Source of the DNA: Polyangiales bacterium
Lineage (GTDB): Bacteria; Myxococcota_A; Polyangia; Polyangiales; Houyiibacteriaceae
Direction: 5' to 3'
Assembly: GCA_045106895.1 (NCBI GenBank)
Contig: JBGCFM010000099.1
Coordinates: 1-51,695 of the forward strand
Length of the DNA stretch: 51,695 nucleotides
Part shown: positions 37,088 through 47,513 of the stretch, piece by piece
Layout: every line of letters starts with the position of its first letter
Position numbering within the stretch: the first letter of the stretch is position 1
The notes under the pieces: model-generated
Seen by the model: the letters and a program-made list of their open reading frames with translations, nothing else
What the model was told of the DNA's origin: nothing
The model's database searches: none
Made by a program: the position numbers and the translations under genes

Positions 37088-38011
37088 TCAGAAGGGCAAA
37101 GCGCCGAGGTCTACATTGCCTCCGCTGAGAATCACGCCGACATGCTCGTACGGAACAGCGTCGGCGAATAGCGCGGCAAGGGGAACGGCCGAAGAAGGCT
37201 CGATGAGAAGCTTGGTCCGCTCCCAGATAAAGCGCATCGCCTCGACGATGGCGTCTTCACTGAGGGTTCGAACTTCGACGTTCCGCCCACGAAGAATGCC
37301 AAATGCGAGCTCACCCAAGCGAGTCCGAAGGCCATCTGCGATGGTGGTCCCTGTTGGGGCCGGAGCATGAACGCCACTTGCCAGACTCCTCGCCGCGTCA
37401 TCCACCGCCTTCGGCTCGGCCCCTAGAATTGTCAGGTTGGGGGCCGCGAGACACGAACCCGAAATCAGGCCGCCGCCTCCAATCGGCGCAGCAATGCACT
37501 CCAGCTGCGGCACGGACGCCACAAGCTCAAGGGCTGCAGTCCCTTGCCCCGCAATCACATACTCGTTGTTGTAGGGATGGATCTCCGTTGCGCCGTGTTG
37601 TGCAACGACGTCGGCCAGGGTCGATTCACGGGCCGCCAATGTGTTGTCACAGTCGACGACCTCCGCTCCGTAACCGACCACCGCGTCGCGTTTAACACGC
37701 GGCGCATTTCGAGGCATCACGACGAAGGCACGAATGCCTCGCGCGCGCGCCGCAAACGCCAGCGCAGCCCCGTGATTTCCGGACGAGTGTGTGGCCACTC
37801 CCCGTTCGGCATCTGTGACGCTTAGCGCCTGAACCGCGTTCGTAGCGCCGCGTGCCTTGAATGCGCCCACCTTTTGGAAGTTCTCGCACTTCAGATAGAC
37901 GTGGCACCCCGCTCGCTCGTCGACGAACGATGATGTGAAAACGGGCGTGTTGTGGACGCGCCCTGCGATACGCTCACGGGCAGCGAGCACATCGTCCCGT
38001 GAGAGGCTCAC
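37088..38011 (-). CDS. PLP-dependent serine/threonine dehydratase (serine racemase-like, no regulatory domain)
   Basis: KCENFQKVGAFKARGA, SSGNH, GQGT, PIGGGGL, TIADGL, EPSSA, SGGN; GTGA overlap with the upstream gene. Confidence 0.9.
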   Translation of the reverse strand: MSLSRDDVLAARERIAGRVHNTPVFTSSFVDERAGCHVYLKCENFQKVGAFKARGATNAVQALSVTDAERGVATHSSGNHGAALAFAARARGIRAFVVMPRNAPRVKRDAVVGYGAEVVDCDNTLAARESTLADVVAQHGATEIHPYNNEYVIAGQGTAALELVASVPQLECIAAPIGGGGLISGSCLAAPNLTILGAEPKAVDDAARSLASGVHAPAPTGTTIADGLRTRLGELAFGILRGRNVEVRTLSEDAIVEAMRFIWERTKLLIEPSSAVPLAALFADAVPYEHVGVILSGGNVDLGALPF

Positions 38012-38688
38012 CGGCCGCCGAGTCGGACGATCATCGACGAGGACTGACGTCGACGGCGGCGACGACGTGGAGGAGGCAATTCAGTCAGCTCCGGGTTGTA
38101 GACGAAGACCTCTGGTTCGGTGCCCAGCGTAAAGACGCGCTGTGGGTTCTCTGGGCGAAGACGCTCAAAGTCCGCCGTTGCGATCTGGACTTGGAAGTTC
38201 CGATTGGGCAGCGACTCCATCAAGATATGAGCCAAGCCAGACTCGTCGGTCCGAGCAACCTCATCACCGTCGATGAGCACTGGGAGATTCGCGAACCCGT
38301 CTGTGTTGACTACGAAAGCCACGGGCCGCTCATTCGGCGTGCAACGAACCGTCATCTGCAAACCCGCTGCGTTCGCGCTGGGGTCGATGGACTGAAAGGA
38401 GATGAGTGCGAGGGACTTGGTGTCCGACTCGCTCGCCGTGCCCTCAGGACAAGTGTGGTGAATGTCGATGGTGGTGCCCTCACGGCCCTCAAGCATCGTG
38501 TGAATCAGCCCATGTTCGTCCGAGGTGCCAATGACCGTGCCGCCAACGTCGAACTCAACGCCCTGCAAGGGGATACCAGGGGTCCGCTCGACGGTGATGG
38601 TCACCGCATGTCGAGGAATCATCGTCTCGGGCTCTTGGCAGCCGGCGATAGGTAGTAGCGACAGAATCGTTGCAAAAAGTCGCTTCAT
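38008..38688 (-). CDS. Hypothetical lipoprotein with two Ig/PEGA-like beta repeats and an Arg-rich tail
   Basis: Signal MKRLFATILSLLPIAGC; internal repeat GTVIGTSDEHGL / GDEVARTDESGL; ATGA overlap with the upstream gene (alternative ATG 38694). Confidence 0.7.
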   Translation of the reverse strand: MKRLFATILSLLPIAGCQEPETMIPRHAVTITVERTPGIPLQGVEFDVGGTVIGTSDEHGLIHTMLEGREGTTIDIHHTCPEGTASESDTKSLALISFQSIDPSANAAGLQMTVRCTPNERPVAFVVNTDGFANLPVLIDGDEVARTDESGLAHILMESLPNRNFQVQIATADFERLRPENPQRVFTLGTEPEVFVYNPELTELPPPRRRRRRRQSSSMIVRLGGR

Positions 38689-40082
38689 CGGCATGGGTCT
38701 CCTTGGCATCGAAGCTTCTGACGCAGGATATCCACGATCCTTGGGTAATTTCTGTCGCTAGGCTCCTCACGAGCCAAAAGCAGGTACAGGCCGAGGGCCG
38801 CACGGTGATCATTGCGTCCAGCCACAACCGCAGCCTGGCGCCGCAAGTTACCCAAGTACGCCGTTCGCGTCGCACCTTCAGGTCCTCCGCTCGCCTCAAA
38901 CTCTTCTTCGCTCATGGCGCTGAAGTCGCGTTCGGCGATGGCAGCCTCAGCCTGTGCCTGGCAACGCGCACCGACCTCTTCGGCCTGGGAGACGAGAATC
39001 GCTTCTTCAGCCGCACGCTCAGCGATGAACTCTTGAGCCTGCGCAGAGGCCTGAGCGATGGCCTCCCGAGCTCGCTCTTCTTCGCCGGCGAGTGCAGCGA
39101 TGCGTGACGCTTGAAGAGCCTCCGCGCGTTGGTTCCGACGAACGTAAGAGACGATGAGCGCGACAACGGCCATGACCAGGAGCGCAGCCGCCAAGATGAT
39201 CGTGCGTTTTGAGACGCCTTCTGGCGCCTTCTTCACGGCGGGGGGTGGGGGTGCCTTAAACCGTGAACTCGGCCCGCCGGACGCTTGCGCGCGACCGGGG
39301 AGAACGTCCGTGGACATTGCGCTGCTCTTGAGGCCGGGGTGACCAGGAGATGGCGCGGATGGCGCCGATGGCATCGGTGGAGCGGGAGGAGCCGCAAGCG
39401 CGGCGGCCATGTCGATGCCAGCGGCCGCGGGATCGAACACCTGTGTCGCTGGCCCGGACTCAAACTCGAAAGGTGAGTCGGATGCGGCGCCGCCCAGAGA
39501 GACTCCTCCAAAACTTGGTGCCGCCAAGGGCTCAGCCGCGAGTCCAAGATCGGACATCTCAAGCATTTGCGTGGAGTCGCCCTCAAGAGGCTGAAGCTCA
39601 CCCAAACTAGGCGCCGTCGCTCGCGCGGCCGGAGCCATTGGAGGAGGGGGCCCGGTGTAGCCCGGCGTTGGGGCTGGTGGCGGGGGGGGAGCCGAAAGCT
39701 GCTGAGCCGGAGCGCCTTGCTGAGCTCCCACCGCGGCAACGGACGCTGACGTCTCCACGAGCATAGCGGCGCCACCAAACTCGAGGCGGCAGCGACCTAC
39801 CAGCTGACGCCAGGTCTGTACTCGTTCACCGTCGACGGTGACATCACCGCCTTGTGGTGGTGAGATCCACAACGCCAGCCCATCCCAATAGAACTCGAAA
39901 TGCTGTGCGGCGACGGAGGGGCCATCCACGACCCAGTTGGCTGGGGGGGATGAGCCCACCGCAACGCGCGCTTCGTTCATCTGACTCGACAGATCCCACA
40001 GGCCTGCAGAGGACGTGCCCTGCACCAACTGAATACGTGCCCAATGAGGGGGCGATGGAACTGGTCCGGCGAAACCTGTCAC
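38685..40082 (-). CDS. FHA-like domain protein with Pro-rich linker, single TM and helical C-terminus
   Basis: N-terminal VAVGS..ANWVVDGPSVAAQHFEF...GDVTVDGERV has an FHA-like pattern; long Pro/Ala/Ser linker; TM IILAAALLVMAVVALIV. Confidence 0.65.
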   Translation of the reverse strand: MTGFAGPVPSPPHWARIQLVQGTSSAGLWDLSSQMNEARVAVGSSPPANWVVDGPSVAAQHFEFYWDGLALWISPPQGGDVTVDGERVQTWRQLVGRCRLEFGGAAMLVETSASVAAVGAQQGAPAQQLSAPPPPPAPTPGYTGPPPPMAPAARATAPSLGELQPLEGDSTQMLEMSDLGLAAEPLAAPSFGGVSLGGAASDSPFEFESGPATQVFDPAAAGIDMAAALAAPPAPPMPSAPSAPSPGHPGLKSSAMSTDVLPGRAQASGGPSSRFKAPPPPAVKKAPEGVSKRTIILAAALLVMAVVALIVSYVRRNQRAEALQASRIAALAGEEERAREAIAQASAQAQEFIAERAAEEAILVSQAEEVGARCQAQAEAAIAERDFSAMSEEEFEASGGPEGATRTAYLGNLRRQAAVVAGRNDHRAALGLYLLLAREEPSDRNYPRIVDILRQKLRCQGDPCR

Positions 40083-40088
40083 GACGTC

Positions 40089-41216
40089 CTACTGTACCTG
40101 GTTTTGTTGTTGTTGCGCAGCTGTGTACATACTGGCTGGTAGTTCAAGTCCCATGGCCTTGATCATTTCGATGCAGCCAGGGATTCGACCGGTAGGCACG
40201 AACTCGGAGATGACCTTCCCGTCTGGGTCGCGTCCATGATAGCGCCGAATAAACACATCACCCAACTGGTATCCGTCCTTCAGGTCGTACCCAAGAACCT
40301 CGGTGATATGGGTGACACAGCGCGAGCCATCCAGAAGGCGGGTCGTCTGGACCACCATATCAATGGCGGATGCGATCTGGGCGCGCATCGCATTTAGTGG
40401 AATCTCGACGTCGCTCATCATCGCCATCGTTTCGAGACGGTTGAGCGTATCGATGGGATAGGTGGCGTGAACCGTGGACAAACAGCCACCATGACCAGAA
40501 GTCATCGCCTGAATGAGCTCGAGGGCTTCGCCGGAGCGAATCTCACCGACGACAATACGGTCTGGACGCATTCGAAGCGTGGCCTTGAACAAGTCTCGAA
40601 TCGTCACCTGACCACGGCCACGTGAGTCTGCGGGCTGTGCCTCCATCTGGACGACGTGGGGCATTTGCAGCTGGAGCTCGCGAGCATCTTCGATGATCAC
40701 CACACGTTCATCATGGCCACCGAAGGAGGACAGGCAGTTCAGCAGCGAGGTTTTCCCTGAACCGGTACCGCCCGCCACGATAATGTTCTGCTTACAGCCC
40801 ACCAGCGCCTTGAGACAGAGCGCCGCGTCGTGCGTCATCGAGCCAAAGTCGAGGAGCTTCTCGATGGTGAGTGTGTCTTTGAAGAAACGACGAATCGCCA
40901 CCGAAGGACCATCAGGAGACGCCGGCGGAATGATCGCCTCGACGCGAGACCCATCTGGAAGGCGTGCTTCCAGAATGGGATGAAACTCATCGAGCTGTCG
41001 CCCAACGTACTGCGAGAGGTTTCGCAGGGCAGACATGAGCGCCTCTTTGGACGAGAAACGCGCGTTCGTCTTCGTCAGTCTGCCTTTGGACTCGACGAAG
41101 ATCTCATCGGGACCGTTGATCATGATCTCGCTGACCGTGGGGTCATCGAGGAAAGGTCGAATCGGCTCGAAAAAGCCCAGGAGCGTCTGCTCGAAGACCT
41201 CTTTGGGAATGCTCAT
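40089..41216 (-). CDS. cpaF: CpaF/TadA family pilus ATPase (second, short copy)
   Basis: SEIMING, ARLPDGSRV, Walker [32 protein letters not shown]...TVHA. Confidence 0.92.
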   Translation of the reverse strand: MSIPKEVFEQTLLGFFEPIRPFLDDPTVSEIMINGPDEIFVESKGRLTKTNARFSSKEALMSALRNLSQYVGRQLDEFHPILEARLPDGSRVEAIIPPASPDGPSVAIRRFFKDTLTIEKLLDFGSMTHDAALCLKALVGCKQNIIVAGGTGSGKTSLLNCLSSFGGHDERVVIIEDARELQLQMPHVVQMEAQPADSRGRGQVTIRDLFKATLRMRPDRIVVGEIRSGEALELIQAMTSGHGGCLSTVHATYPIDTLNRLETMAMMSDVEIPLNAMRAQIASAIDMVVQTTRLLDGSRCVTHITEVLGYDLKDGYQLGDVFIRRYHGRDPDGKVISEFVPTGRIPGCIEMIKAMGLELPASMYTAAQQQQNQVQ

Positions 41217-41923
41217 GGGGCTGCCGTCTCTTCCGGGGGTTGCTCTTCGATGTTTACGGCCGTGTTTGTCTCACTTGGGGAAGCCGTCTGAACAGAAGGT
41301 ACATCATTCGAGTCGATTCTCTCGATGGATGACCTCGGCGCACGCAAACGGCGAAGCAGCGCTCGGACTTCGGGAGCATGCTGGCCATCCGGCGCGAGTT
41401 CCACGTAGCGGGCCAGGAGAGGATCGCCGGTGCTCACATCGGAAAGGTCCTCGACGTAGAGCATTCCTAAGAAATAGTGGGTCATCGGGTCGTTCGGAGC
41501 CGTCCGAAGCACGAGATGAAATGCCTCGCGTGCGTCTTCAAGACGCCCGAGGCCATGGTAGAGCGAACCGACTACCCGCCGAAGGCGCCAGTGGTCTGGT
41601 TCATCCCGAACGACGGGTTCCGCGTAGTTCAGCGCGGCAGAAAAGCGCTGCAGAGCGATGCAGATCTGCACCAGCGTGGGGACCACTTCCCCACGAGGCT
41701 TGCCCTTCTCCATCGACGCCACGAGATACTGCTCGGCACGCCACAAATCTCCACTTCGGGCAAACCCGATGCCTGTCCCGAAGAGCTCGTCAGCGCTGAT
41801 GCCCGCCAGGGGATCGGGCATGGGGGTTCGCCCACCTTGGGCTCCAGAGCAGGCACCCACGAAAACGAAGGCAAGGGCAAAGGCCCAGCGTCGAACAGAC
41901 GTTCTCTTGTGTTGGCTGACCAC
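41213..41923 (-). CDS. TPR lipoprotein (TadD/pilotin-like position)
   Basis: Probable GTG 41923; lipobox FVGAC; TPR patterns GSLYHGLGRLEDAREAF and THYFLGMLY; ATGA overlap with the cpaF copy. Confidence 0.75.
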   Translation of the reverse strand: MVSQHKRTSVRRWAFALAFVFVGACSGAQGGRTPMPDPLAGISADELFGTGIGFARSGDLWRAEQYLVASMEKGKPRGEVVPTLVQICIALQRFSAALNYAEPVVRDEPDHWRLRRVVGSLYHGLGRLEDAREAFHLVLRTAPNDPMTHYFLGMLYVEDLSDVSTGDPLLARYVELAPDGQHAPEVRALLRRLRAPRSSIERIDSNDVPSVQTASPSETNTAVNIEEQPPEETAAP

Positions 41924-41973
41924 GGTCGGCAAGTATACAAGGCAGCGTCGAACGCTCAAACCTTTCGGGGAGA

Positions 41974-42855
41974 TCAACGTTGGGCGGCGGCCTCTTGCTC
42001 CGCCTGCTGAGCCCGCGCTCGCGAAATACGAAGAGTCTGAGCAAGCCAAGCCGCGTAGGGGTCATCCTCTAGGTGAGACACCAGCCCAACCAGTCGTTCA
42101 GAGTCGCGAACGGAGTCCGCCCAGTTCTCGACGGCCATCGAATGCTCGAGATGCAAACGAAGACCTGCGTAGTCAGCGTTGATCGTGTTGACGAGCTCCT
42201 CGCGGAAGCGATCTACTTCGGCGGCGTCGGTCTCGCGACCTGCCTCTCGCAGACACGAAGCTGCGACCAGATAATATCGAACAGCTTCCACGCCATCGCC
42301 GGGTGCGTATTGGTAACGGTCACCGGTGACGTGACCGTTGTATTCGGCCTGCTCAGCTCGCTCAGCGGGGGTGCCATCGTCACCGGAGCAAGTACCGTCG
42401 AGGGACTCGAAGAGGTCCGGCGGAGCGAGGCCTTCGGAGGTGGGAACCTCAAGATTGCCTGGTTTCAACAGCATCCACGCCGCTGCGCCAACGATGGCGA
42501 GGCCGCCGATCATCACGATGGGGCTCGGCCCCTTTCCAGCCCCCTTTGACTTCGTCTTCTTGTTGGAGACTCGAACGCGTACGCGCCCGATGTGAAGCTC
42601 CGCGCCCCACTTCAGAATTCCCGAGGCAAATGGCTTCCCCTTGAGAGTGGTAGGTGTGAGAGCGCCCTGGGACGTGGAAACCCAACATCCCTCTTTGCCG
42701 CGCGGCGCGATCAGAAGGTGCTCGAGTTCAAGTTCATGGGCAGTCGGCAATGAGATCATCGCCGTGCCGGACTTTCCAAGAGTAACCTGAGCCCCATCGA
42801 TTGGATGGCGCTCCTTCTTTCCCTCAGAGTCGGTGACTTCTACAAAAGCTTCCAT
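41974..42855 (-). CDS. FHA-like domain membrane protein
   Basis: N-terminal beta domain (QVTLGKS...LELEHLLIAP...ELHIGRVRVRV), one TM, helical periplasmic part. Confidence 0.6.
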   Translation of the reverse strand: MEAFVEVTDSEGKKERHPIDGAQVTLGKSGTAMISLPTAHELELEHLLIAPRGKEGCWVSTSQGALTPTTLKGKPFASGILKWGAELHIGRVRVRVSNKKTKSKGAGKGPSPIVMIGGLAIVGAAAWMLLKPGNLEVPTSEGLAPPDLFESLDGTCSGDDGTPAERAEQAEYNGHVTGDRYQYAPGDGVEAVRYYLVAASCLREAGRETDAAEVDRFREELVNTINADYAGLRLHLEHSMAVENWADSVRDSERLVGLVSHLEDDPYAAWLAQTLRISRARAQQAEQEAAAQR

Positions 42856-42918
42856 GCGCCTACCTATGCTCCTCTTGCGAGGGCCTGGTGTGAGTGTGAT
42901 CCATGCGAAGACAGCTCA

Positions 42919-43815
42919 TCACATTCCCGTCTCTGTGAAGCGGATCGCGAAGGGTCCCATGAGCAAAAGGATGACGACGCAGAACATCATCATGAGCGGG
43001 CCCATCATGAGAAGGCCCGCACGTGCTGCAGACTCCTCTGCCGCAACACTTCGTCGCATTCGAAGCATCGTCGCCTGAATCGTAAGCACGTCGGCCAAGG
43101 GAGTTCCCTTCGCTTCCGCCTGAACGACGGTACCAACGAAGTCTCGAACCGCTTCCGTGGGGCAGCGTTCTGCGAAGTTCTCAAGAGCTTTTCGACGGGT
43201 ATGACCAAGGTCGAGTTCCTGGAGGATTCGTCCAACCTCCTCGACGAGATCCGCAGCGGCGGAGCCTGACTTGTCGACGATCTGCTTGAGCGCGCCAGGA
43301 AAGTCGAGTCCAGCGCCCATGCACAAAGCCGCAAGGTCAATGGCGCCGGGCAGCGTTCGGTTGATGTTCTTGAAGCGCTCTTTGGCGGCGCTCTGAAGCG
43401 TCGAGTAGGGGAGGGAGGCGCCAACCATCGCAGAGAGCACGATGAAAATCGACTTCATGTCCAGGTAGTGGACGACGGCGATGGAGACGCCACAGCAGAC
43501 CACGGAGCTGAGGAGCGACATGGCGAGCACTTCATTGGCGCTGAGTCCGCGGAACTCTCCGCTGTGACCCACCATGACTTTGGTCTTCTCTTTGATGGAT
43601 CGAATCGGGAGCCCGTCAAACCACCCAGCGACGAGACGAATCATCGGCTCCGTCGCTGCAAAGAGGCCGCCCTCCTCAAGAGCGCGAGCTCTCTTTAGAC
43701 CACGTTGGCCAAACTCGGGGCGTTCCGCGGGGGGTTGGCGCCCAAGCGTGTAGGCGATGAGAAAGAGCCCTCCACTGACACATCCAAGAGCTGCGTATCC
43801 GAGTAGAAGCGCCAT
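42919..43815 (-). CDS. tadC: Tad inner-membrane platform protein TadC (T2SSF family)
   Basis: LPGAIDLAALCMGAGLDF..AL, ELDLGHTRRKAL, QAEAKGTPLADVL, AEESA; ATG 43815 in TAATG overlap with tadB. Confidence 0.9.
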   Translation of the reverse strand: MALLLGYAALGCVSGGLFLIAYTLGRQPPAERPEFGQRGLKRARALEEGGLFAATEPMIRLVAGWFDGLPIRSIKEKTKVMVGHSGEFRGLSANEVLAMSLLSSVVCCGVSIAVVHYLDMKSIFIVLSAMVGASLPYSTLQSAAKERFKNINRTLPGAIDLAALCMGAGLDFPGALKQIVDKSGSAAADLVEEVGRILQELDLGHTRRKALENFAERCPTEAVRDFVGTVVQAEAKGTPLADVLTIQATMLRMRRSVAAEESAARAGLLMMGPLMMMFCVVILLLMGPFAIRFTETGM

Positions 43816-44681
43816 TAGATGTCCACCGACAAGATGCTTCGGCCCCAGAAGATGGCGACAATCCACATGCTCATGCCGACGGCGAGGATGATGTTGCCTG
43901 TCACCGTATCCGAAATGGTCGGCCACCAATCCGGATCCATCTGACTCAATGCCAGCGCGAGAACCCATGGCATCGCGCCAAGAACCCAGACCTGGCCTTT
44001 GCCTTCAGCGGTCTTCGTTCGAACGACACCTTCGAGTCGGGCCATTTCACGAAGCGAGCCAGCGGAGGTCTCAAGGATTGTCGGCAAGTCACCACCCGTC
44101 GCACGAGCCACGACGAGCATGGCGAGGGAGCCGCTGACCATCGGGCTACCGATGCGTTCGGACGCGTTCAGAATCGCTTCATCCAAGGGCGTGCCGAGCT
44201 GATTCTCTTTCACCAAGAGGTCGAGCTCTTCTGCGATGGGCGCCTGTACAAGGGTGACCGTGGACTTGATCGCTTCACCGATGGCGGGTGTGGCCTTGAG
44301 CGCGTTGGCCAGCATGAGGAGCCAGCCGTCCAGCTGTTCCTCCAGCTTGGTAATGCGCTTGTCACGCTGACTCCGCAGCATGGCGAGCGGTAGAATGGCG
44401 ACGAGGATCGTCAGGAAGAGAACGAAGAAGTTCCCGGTGAGCTGGTAGATGATGAGCGTGACGACCAACGCCGCGACCTGCTGCTGAGCGATTCGCGTGG
44501 GGTCCTTACGAATGAGGAGGAAGCGGATCTCTTTGTTGATCAGCTCAACGTACTTATCCCAAGCTTCGCGAAGAGCGCTGTCGGGGTTTCCTAGAAGGAT
44601 CCAAACTGCCGCACCTGATCCAAGCGCCACCATCAAGATGGAGATCCAGGCTGCTAGATTCGTCGCGAGAAACTCATTCAT
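43815..44681 (-). CDS. tadB: Tad inner-membrane platform protein TadB (T2SSF family)
   Basis: EEQLDGWLLMLANALKA, PIAEEL, LGTPLDEA, TGGDL, TKTAEGK; follows the ATPase. Confidence 0.9.
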   Translation of the reverse strand: MNEFLATNLAAWISILMVALGSGAAVWILLGNPDSALREAWDKYVELINKEIRFLLIRKDPTRIAQQQVAALVVTLIIYQLTGNFFVLFLTILVAILPLAMLRSQRDKRITKLEEQLDGWLLMLANALKATPAIGEAIKSTVTLVQAPIAEELDLLVKENQLGTPLDEAILNASERIGSPMVSGSLAMLVVARATGGDLPTILETSAGSLREMARLEGVVRTKTAEGKGQVWVLGAMPWVLALALSQMDPDWWPTISDTVTGNIILAVGMSMWIVAIFWGRSILSVDI

Positions 44682-46378
44682 AGGTAGTGCCCATCCTTCA
44701 CCAGCCCGCTTGTAATGAACTCATCCAGGAACGACGGGAGGTAACCGGTCGCCCTATATTCGCCTTGGATCTTGCCCTTCGCGTCCGTTCCGGTTCGGAA
44801 ATACTCGAAGATGTTGTTCAAGATGAACTCGCCATCATCATCAAGGCCCGAAAGCTCCGCGATGGCTGACACTCGGCGTGAACCGTCCGAGAAACGGGAC
44901 TGCTGAACGATCAAATGAACGCTTCCCGAGATCTGATCGCGAATCGCGCGGGATGGCAGGTCGATTCCTGACATGAGGCAGAGCGTCTCAATTCGCGCGG
45001 CGGCCTCCGTCGGGCTGTTGGCGTGAGTCGTCGTCATCGAACCTTCGTGACCCGTGTTCATCGCCTGCAACATGTCGAGGGCTTCGCCACCACGGCACTC
45101 GCCGACGATGATTCGGTCGGGGCGCATACGCAGAGCGTTCTTGACGAGGGAGCGAATGCTGTACTCGCCCTTGCCTTCCATGTTCGCCGGACGTGTCTCG
45201 AGAGAGACAACATGAGGCTGCTCAAGCCTCAGCTCGGCGGCGTCCTCGATGGTCACAATGCGTTCGTCGCCGGGGATCGAACATGAGAGGACGTTGAGGA
45301 GCGTCGTCTTACCGCTACCCGTGCCGCCGGAAATGATGACGTTCTTCCGGACGCGCACCGAGCGATCGAGAAAAAGCGCCATTCGGTCCGTCATGCTGCC
45401 GAAGCGCACGAGGTCCTGAATCGAAAGCGGGTTCTTTTGGAACTTACGAATCGTGATGCACGCGCCGTTGATCGCCAGCGGGCGGATGACCGCGTTTACA
45501 CGCGAACCATCTTTCAGGCGCGCGTCAACGAGGGGGGTCGACTCATCGATTCGACGACCGAGTGGAGTGACGATTCGTTCAATGACGGCACGCGCGGACT
45601 CATCATCCGTGAAGCGAAGGTCCGTCGCGTAGATCTTGCCGGCCTTCTCGCAGTAGATCTTGTACGGGTGCACAACCATGATCTCGCTGACCTCTTCGTC
45701 AGCAAGAAGGCGCTCGAGGGGTCCGAGGCCCAAAGCTTCATCGGCCATCTCACGGACGAAGGCGGCGCGGTCCACGCCCATAGGAATGTCGTGCTGAAGC
45801 TGCGTGATGATTCGCTCGAGCGCCGCAGTTACACGTGGACGCATCGCGTCGTCGTCCATCTGCGTGCGGTCAAGGCTGGCCAGGTCGAGGTGGTCGAGGA
45901 GCATTCGGTGAACTCGTCGACGAAGCTCGCCGCGGATCACCGAGGTGGTACCAGCGAGCCGAAGGACCTCTTCTTCGTGGTTCTGGGGTTGAACCATCGA
46001 AGGGGGGTTGGACGGCCCAGGAGGCCCCGGGGGGCGAGGCGGTGCTGCGGGCGGAACCGGAACGGATGCTTGCGGTCCGTCAAGGCGCCGCAGATGGACG
46101 ATGTACGGTCCGATCCGCAGCGGGATATTCGGCGGGGTATCGACCTTGGAGCTCTTGACGCGCTGGTTGCCCATCAGCGTGCCGTTGGCGCTCTGGTCCG
46201 TGATCTTGAAGCCACGGGCCGAAGGCTCGATCACGATGTGGCGACGGCTGACTTCCGGCGAGGGAAGAACGACGTGACAGCTCGGATCTCGCCCTACAAC
46301 TATCGGCCCGTTGGAACGGATCGGTAGCTCTTCAACCTTCCCGTCGGGAGTTTGGATGCAGAGAAGGACGCCACTCAT
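44678..46378 (-). CDS. cpaF: CpaF/TadA pilus ATPase with N-terminal FHA domain
   Basis: FHA: VVGRD...VSRRH...DQSANGT. Pro linker, then [59 protein letters not shown] 46378. Confidence 0.93.
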   Translation of the reverse strand: MSGVLLCIQTPDGKVEELPIRSNGPIVVGRDPSCHVVLPSPEVSRRHIVIEPSARGFKITDQSANGTLMGNQRVKSSKVDTPPNIPLRIGPYIVHLRRLDGPQASVPVPPAAPPRPPGPPGPSNPPSMVQPQNHEEEVLRLAGTTSVIRGELRRRVHRMLLDHLDLASLDRTQMDDDAMRPRVTAALERIITQLQHDIPMGVDRAAFVREMADEALGLGPLERLLADEEVSEIMVVHPYKIYCEKAGKIYATDLRFTDDESARAVIERIVTPLGRRIDESTPLVDARLKDGSRVNAVIRPLAINGACITIRKFQKNPLSIQDLVRFGSMTDRMALFLDRSVRVRKNVIISGGTGSGKTTLLNVLSCSIPGDERIVTIEDAAELRLEQPHVVSLETRPANMEGKGEYSIRSLVKNALRMRPDRIIVGECRGGEALDMLQAMNTGHEGSMTTTHANSPTEAAARIETLCLMSGIDLPSRAIRDQISGSVHLIVQQSRFSDGSRRVSAIAELSGLDDDGEFILNNIFEYFRTGTDAKGKIQGEYRATGYLPSFLDEFITSGLVKDGHYL

Positions 46379-46388
46379 GAGAACGCTG

Positions 46389-47513
46389 TCAGTTGGCTCC
46401 TGGAACGGTGGGCTGGTCGTTGAGGTCGACTTCGTCGACTCCACCGCTGAAATCGTCGTAGGAGCGCATTGCTTCTTCGATTCGGTTGCGACGGCGCAGA
46501 GGCACAGCGTCCGCGACGCTTGGAACAACAAACATCAGACCTTCGGACTCTTCAAAGCGCCGCGAGTGGGAGCCGAAGAGCGCACCGAGGACCGGGATCT
46601 GGCTGAGGCCCGGGAGACCGGAGCGAGCCCGGTTCTCCGAACGAGCAACGAAGCCCGCGAGCACGATGGACTGACCGAGTTCAAGGTTCACCAAGGTGTC
46701 GATGTTTGTGATGGTGCGGCCTGGGACGCCGGAGCCACCATCACCGGTGAGGTCCGAAACGCTGGCAGTGATACGAAGCTCGACGCGACCCGTGTCCGCA
46801 TCGTAGCGAGGCTTACAAGCGATGTCGGTGCCGAACTCGATTCGAACGAGCTGGGTACCGAGCGTGTTCTGCGTGATGACGTTCTGTTCGCCGCCGGCGC
46901 GGAAGGTCGCCTCCGTGTTGTTCGCGGTGATGAGCGTGCCTTGTCGGTAGAGCCGAGCCCATCCGTTGTTCTGTGCGATATCGATACGCGGGAGGAACGA
47001 AAGCGCCGAAAGCTGGAACGTCGTGGAGGTGTCGCCGCCGGTCGCTCCGGAGAGGTTCAGGTTGAACGAGCTCGCGGAGTTCGCGTCCGCACCGATGACC
47101 GATGGAAAGGCGATGCCGATGGCATGGGAGTAGCTGTCGCTGAGCTGCACAAAGTACAGGTCGAGTCGAATGTTCTCGCGAACGTTGACGGCGCTTGGAT
47201 CCTCTTCCTCGGGTTCGCCACTCGCGACGGTGATGGGATGCTGCACCTGAGTGCCGTCTCGCATGATGAGGAGCAGCGACGCGGTTCCCGCTGCCTGCGC
47301 GACGATGATGAATCGTGTCTCCGTTTGATTCAGTCGCACGTCGATGGTGCCTCGCCGACCGCCCACTGAGTAGGAAGCGACTCCGGACGCAGCCAGCGTT
47401 CTCTGCTCACCGATCTCCAACGTGATCGGCTCACCTTCTTCTTGAGCGTACGCTGGCGAGACCACCAAAATTAGCAATGCGCTCAGCGCTGCAGTGAGGG
47501 ACTTACTGAACAT
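46389..47513 (-). CDS. cpaC: Tad secretin RcpA/CpaC
   Basis: Signal peptide MFSKSLTAALSALLILVVSPAYA; ATFRAGGE, LGQSIVLAG, GLPGLSQIPVLGALFGS, LMFVVP. Confidence 0.9.
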   Translation of the reverse strand: MFSKSLTAALSALLILVVSPAYAQEEGEPITLEIGEQRTLAASGVASYSVGGRRGTIDVRLNQTETRFIIVAQAAGTASLLLIMRDGTQVQHPITVASGEPEEEDPSAVNVRENIRLDLYFVQLSDSYSHAIGIAFPSVIGADANSASSFNLNLSGATGGDTSTTFQLSALSFLPRIDIAQNNGWARLYRQGTLITANNTEATFRAGGEQNVITQNTLGTQLVRIEFGTDIACKPRYDADTGRVELRITASVSDLTGDGGSGVPGRTITNIDTLVNLELGQSIVLAGFVARSENRARSGLPGLSQIPVLGALFGSHSRRFEESEGLMFVVPSVADAVPLRRRNRIEEAMRSYDDFSGGVDEVDLNDQPTVPGAN

